Shown: positions 4,964-5,062 of the stretch, one piece after another
Numbering within the stretch: position 1 is the stretch's first letter
Layout of the letters: each line of letters starts with the position of its first letter
IMG/VR virus record: IMGVR_UViG_3300045988_002830
Span: 1-5,062 of that record
Origin: a virus
Strand: one strand, 5' to 3'
DNA length: 5,062 nucleotides
Notes under the pieces: model-generated
What the model was told of the DNA's origin: nothing
The model's database searches: none
What the model saw: only the letters and a program-made list of their open reading frames with translations
Translations under genes and position numbers: made by a program

Positions 4964-5062
4964 ACGCACATCGGGGTGTCACCGGAACCAGTTACATCAA
5001 GTAAGTAACTGGTTCCGGACCTTCCCCGTGCGAACATCGCTGATATACATAGAAAAAAAAAC
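4964..5062. repeat. Terminal redundancy copy 2 (identical to 1..99), includes second copy of the palindromic hairpin (4982..5018)
   Basis: Exact 99-nt match to the window start. Confidence 0.95.

Noticed and set aside
1-5062. CRISPR arrays, tRNA/rRNA genes, integrase/transposase, toxin-antitoxin or defence-system genes
   Set aside because: No direct-repeat/spacer periodicity and no cloverleaf-compatible segments noticed. Every sizeable ORF is accounted for by microvirus structural or replication genes. The genome is too small and compact to host additional cassettes.

Overview
The window is one complete circular ssDNA phage genome of Microviridae (Gokushovirinae-like), linearised with a 99-nt terminal redundancy. 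Positions 1..99 are identical to 4964..5062, so the unit genome is 4963 nt and position 1 is equivalent to 4964. Every credible gene is on the minus strand of this window, so the window shows the complement of the T-rich virion/coding strand. Read on the minus strand, the gene order is VP1 major capsid, a tiny SD-driven hydrophobic mini-ORF, VP2 pilot/minor capsid, a 40-aa Arg-rich J/ORF8-like DNA-binding protein, a 79-aa unknown ORF, VP4 HUH rolling-circle Rep, a VP5-like small protein (ATGA-coupled to Rep), and VP3 internal scaffold. A single ~300-nt intergenic region (168 down through 1/4964 to 4832) follows. On the minus strand it contains an intrinsic terminator (10-bp stem plus T9) downstream of VP3. 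It also contains a long imperfect palindrome (14-bp perfect core) that is a candidate origin/packaging element, and a candidate sigma70-type promoter upstream of VP1. Family assignments rest on motifs I recognise by eye (Rep motifs FLTLTYDD / HYHAIIF / YVARYVTKK, CGQCIGC zinc-finger-like box, N-terminal CFHPITAYR; VP1 N-terminal SQIPS..RSVFDRSHGYKTTFD..LVPFYVDEVLPGDSF; VP2 DLRKAGLNPIL; VP3 EPSMTQQ...FGDF motifs). No database search was possible. No tRNA, rRNA, CRISPR, integrase or host flank was seen.
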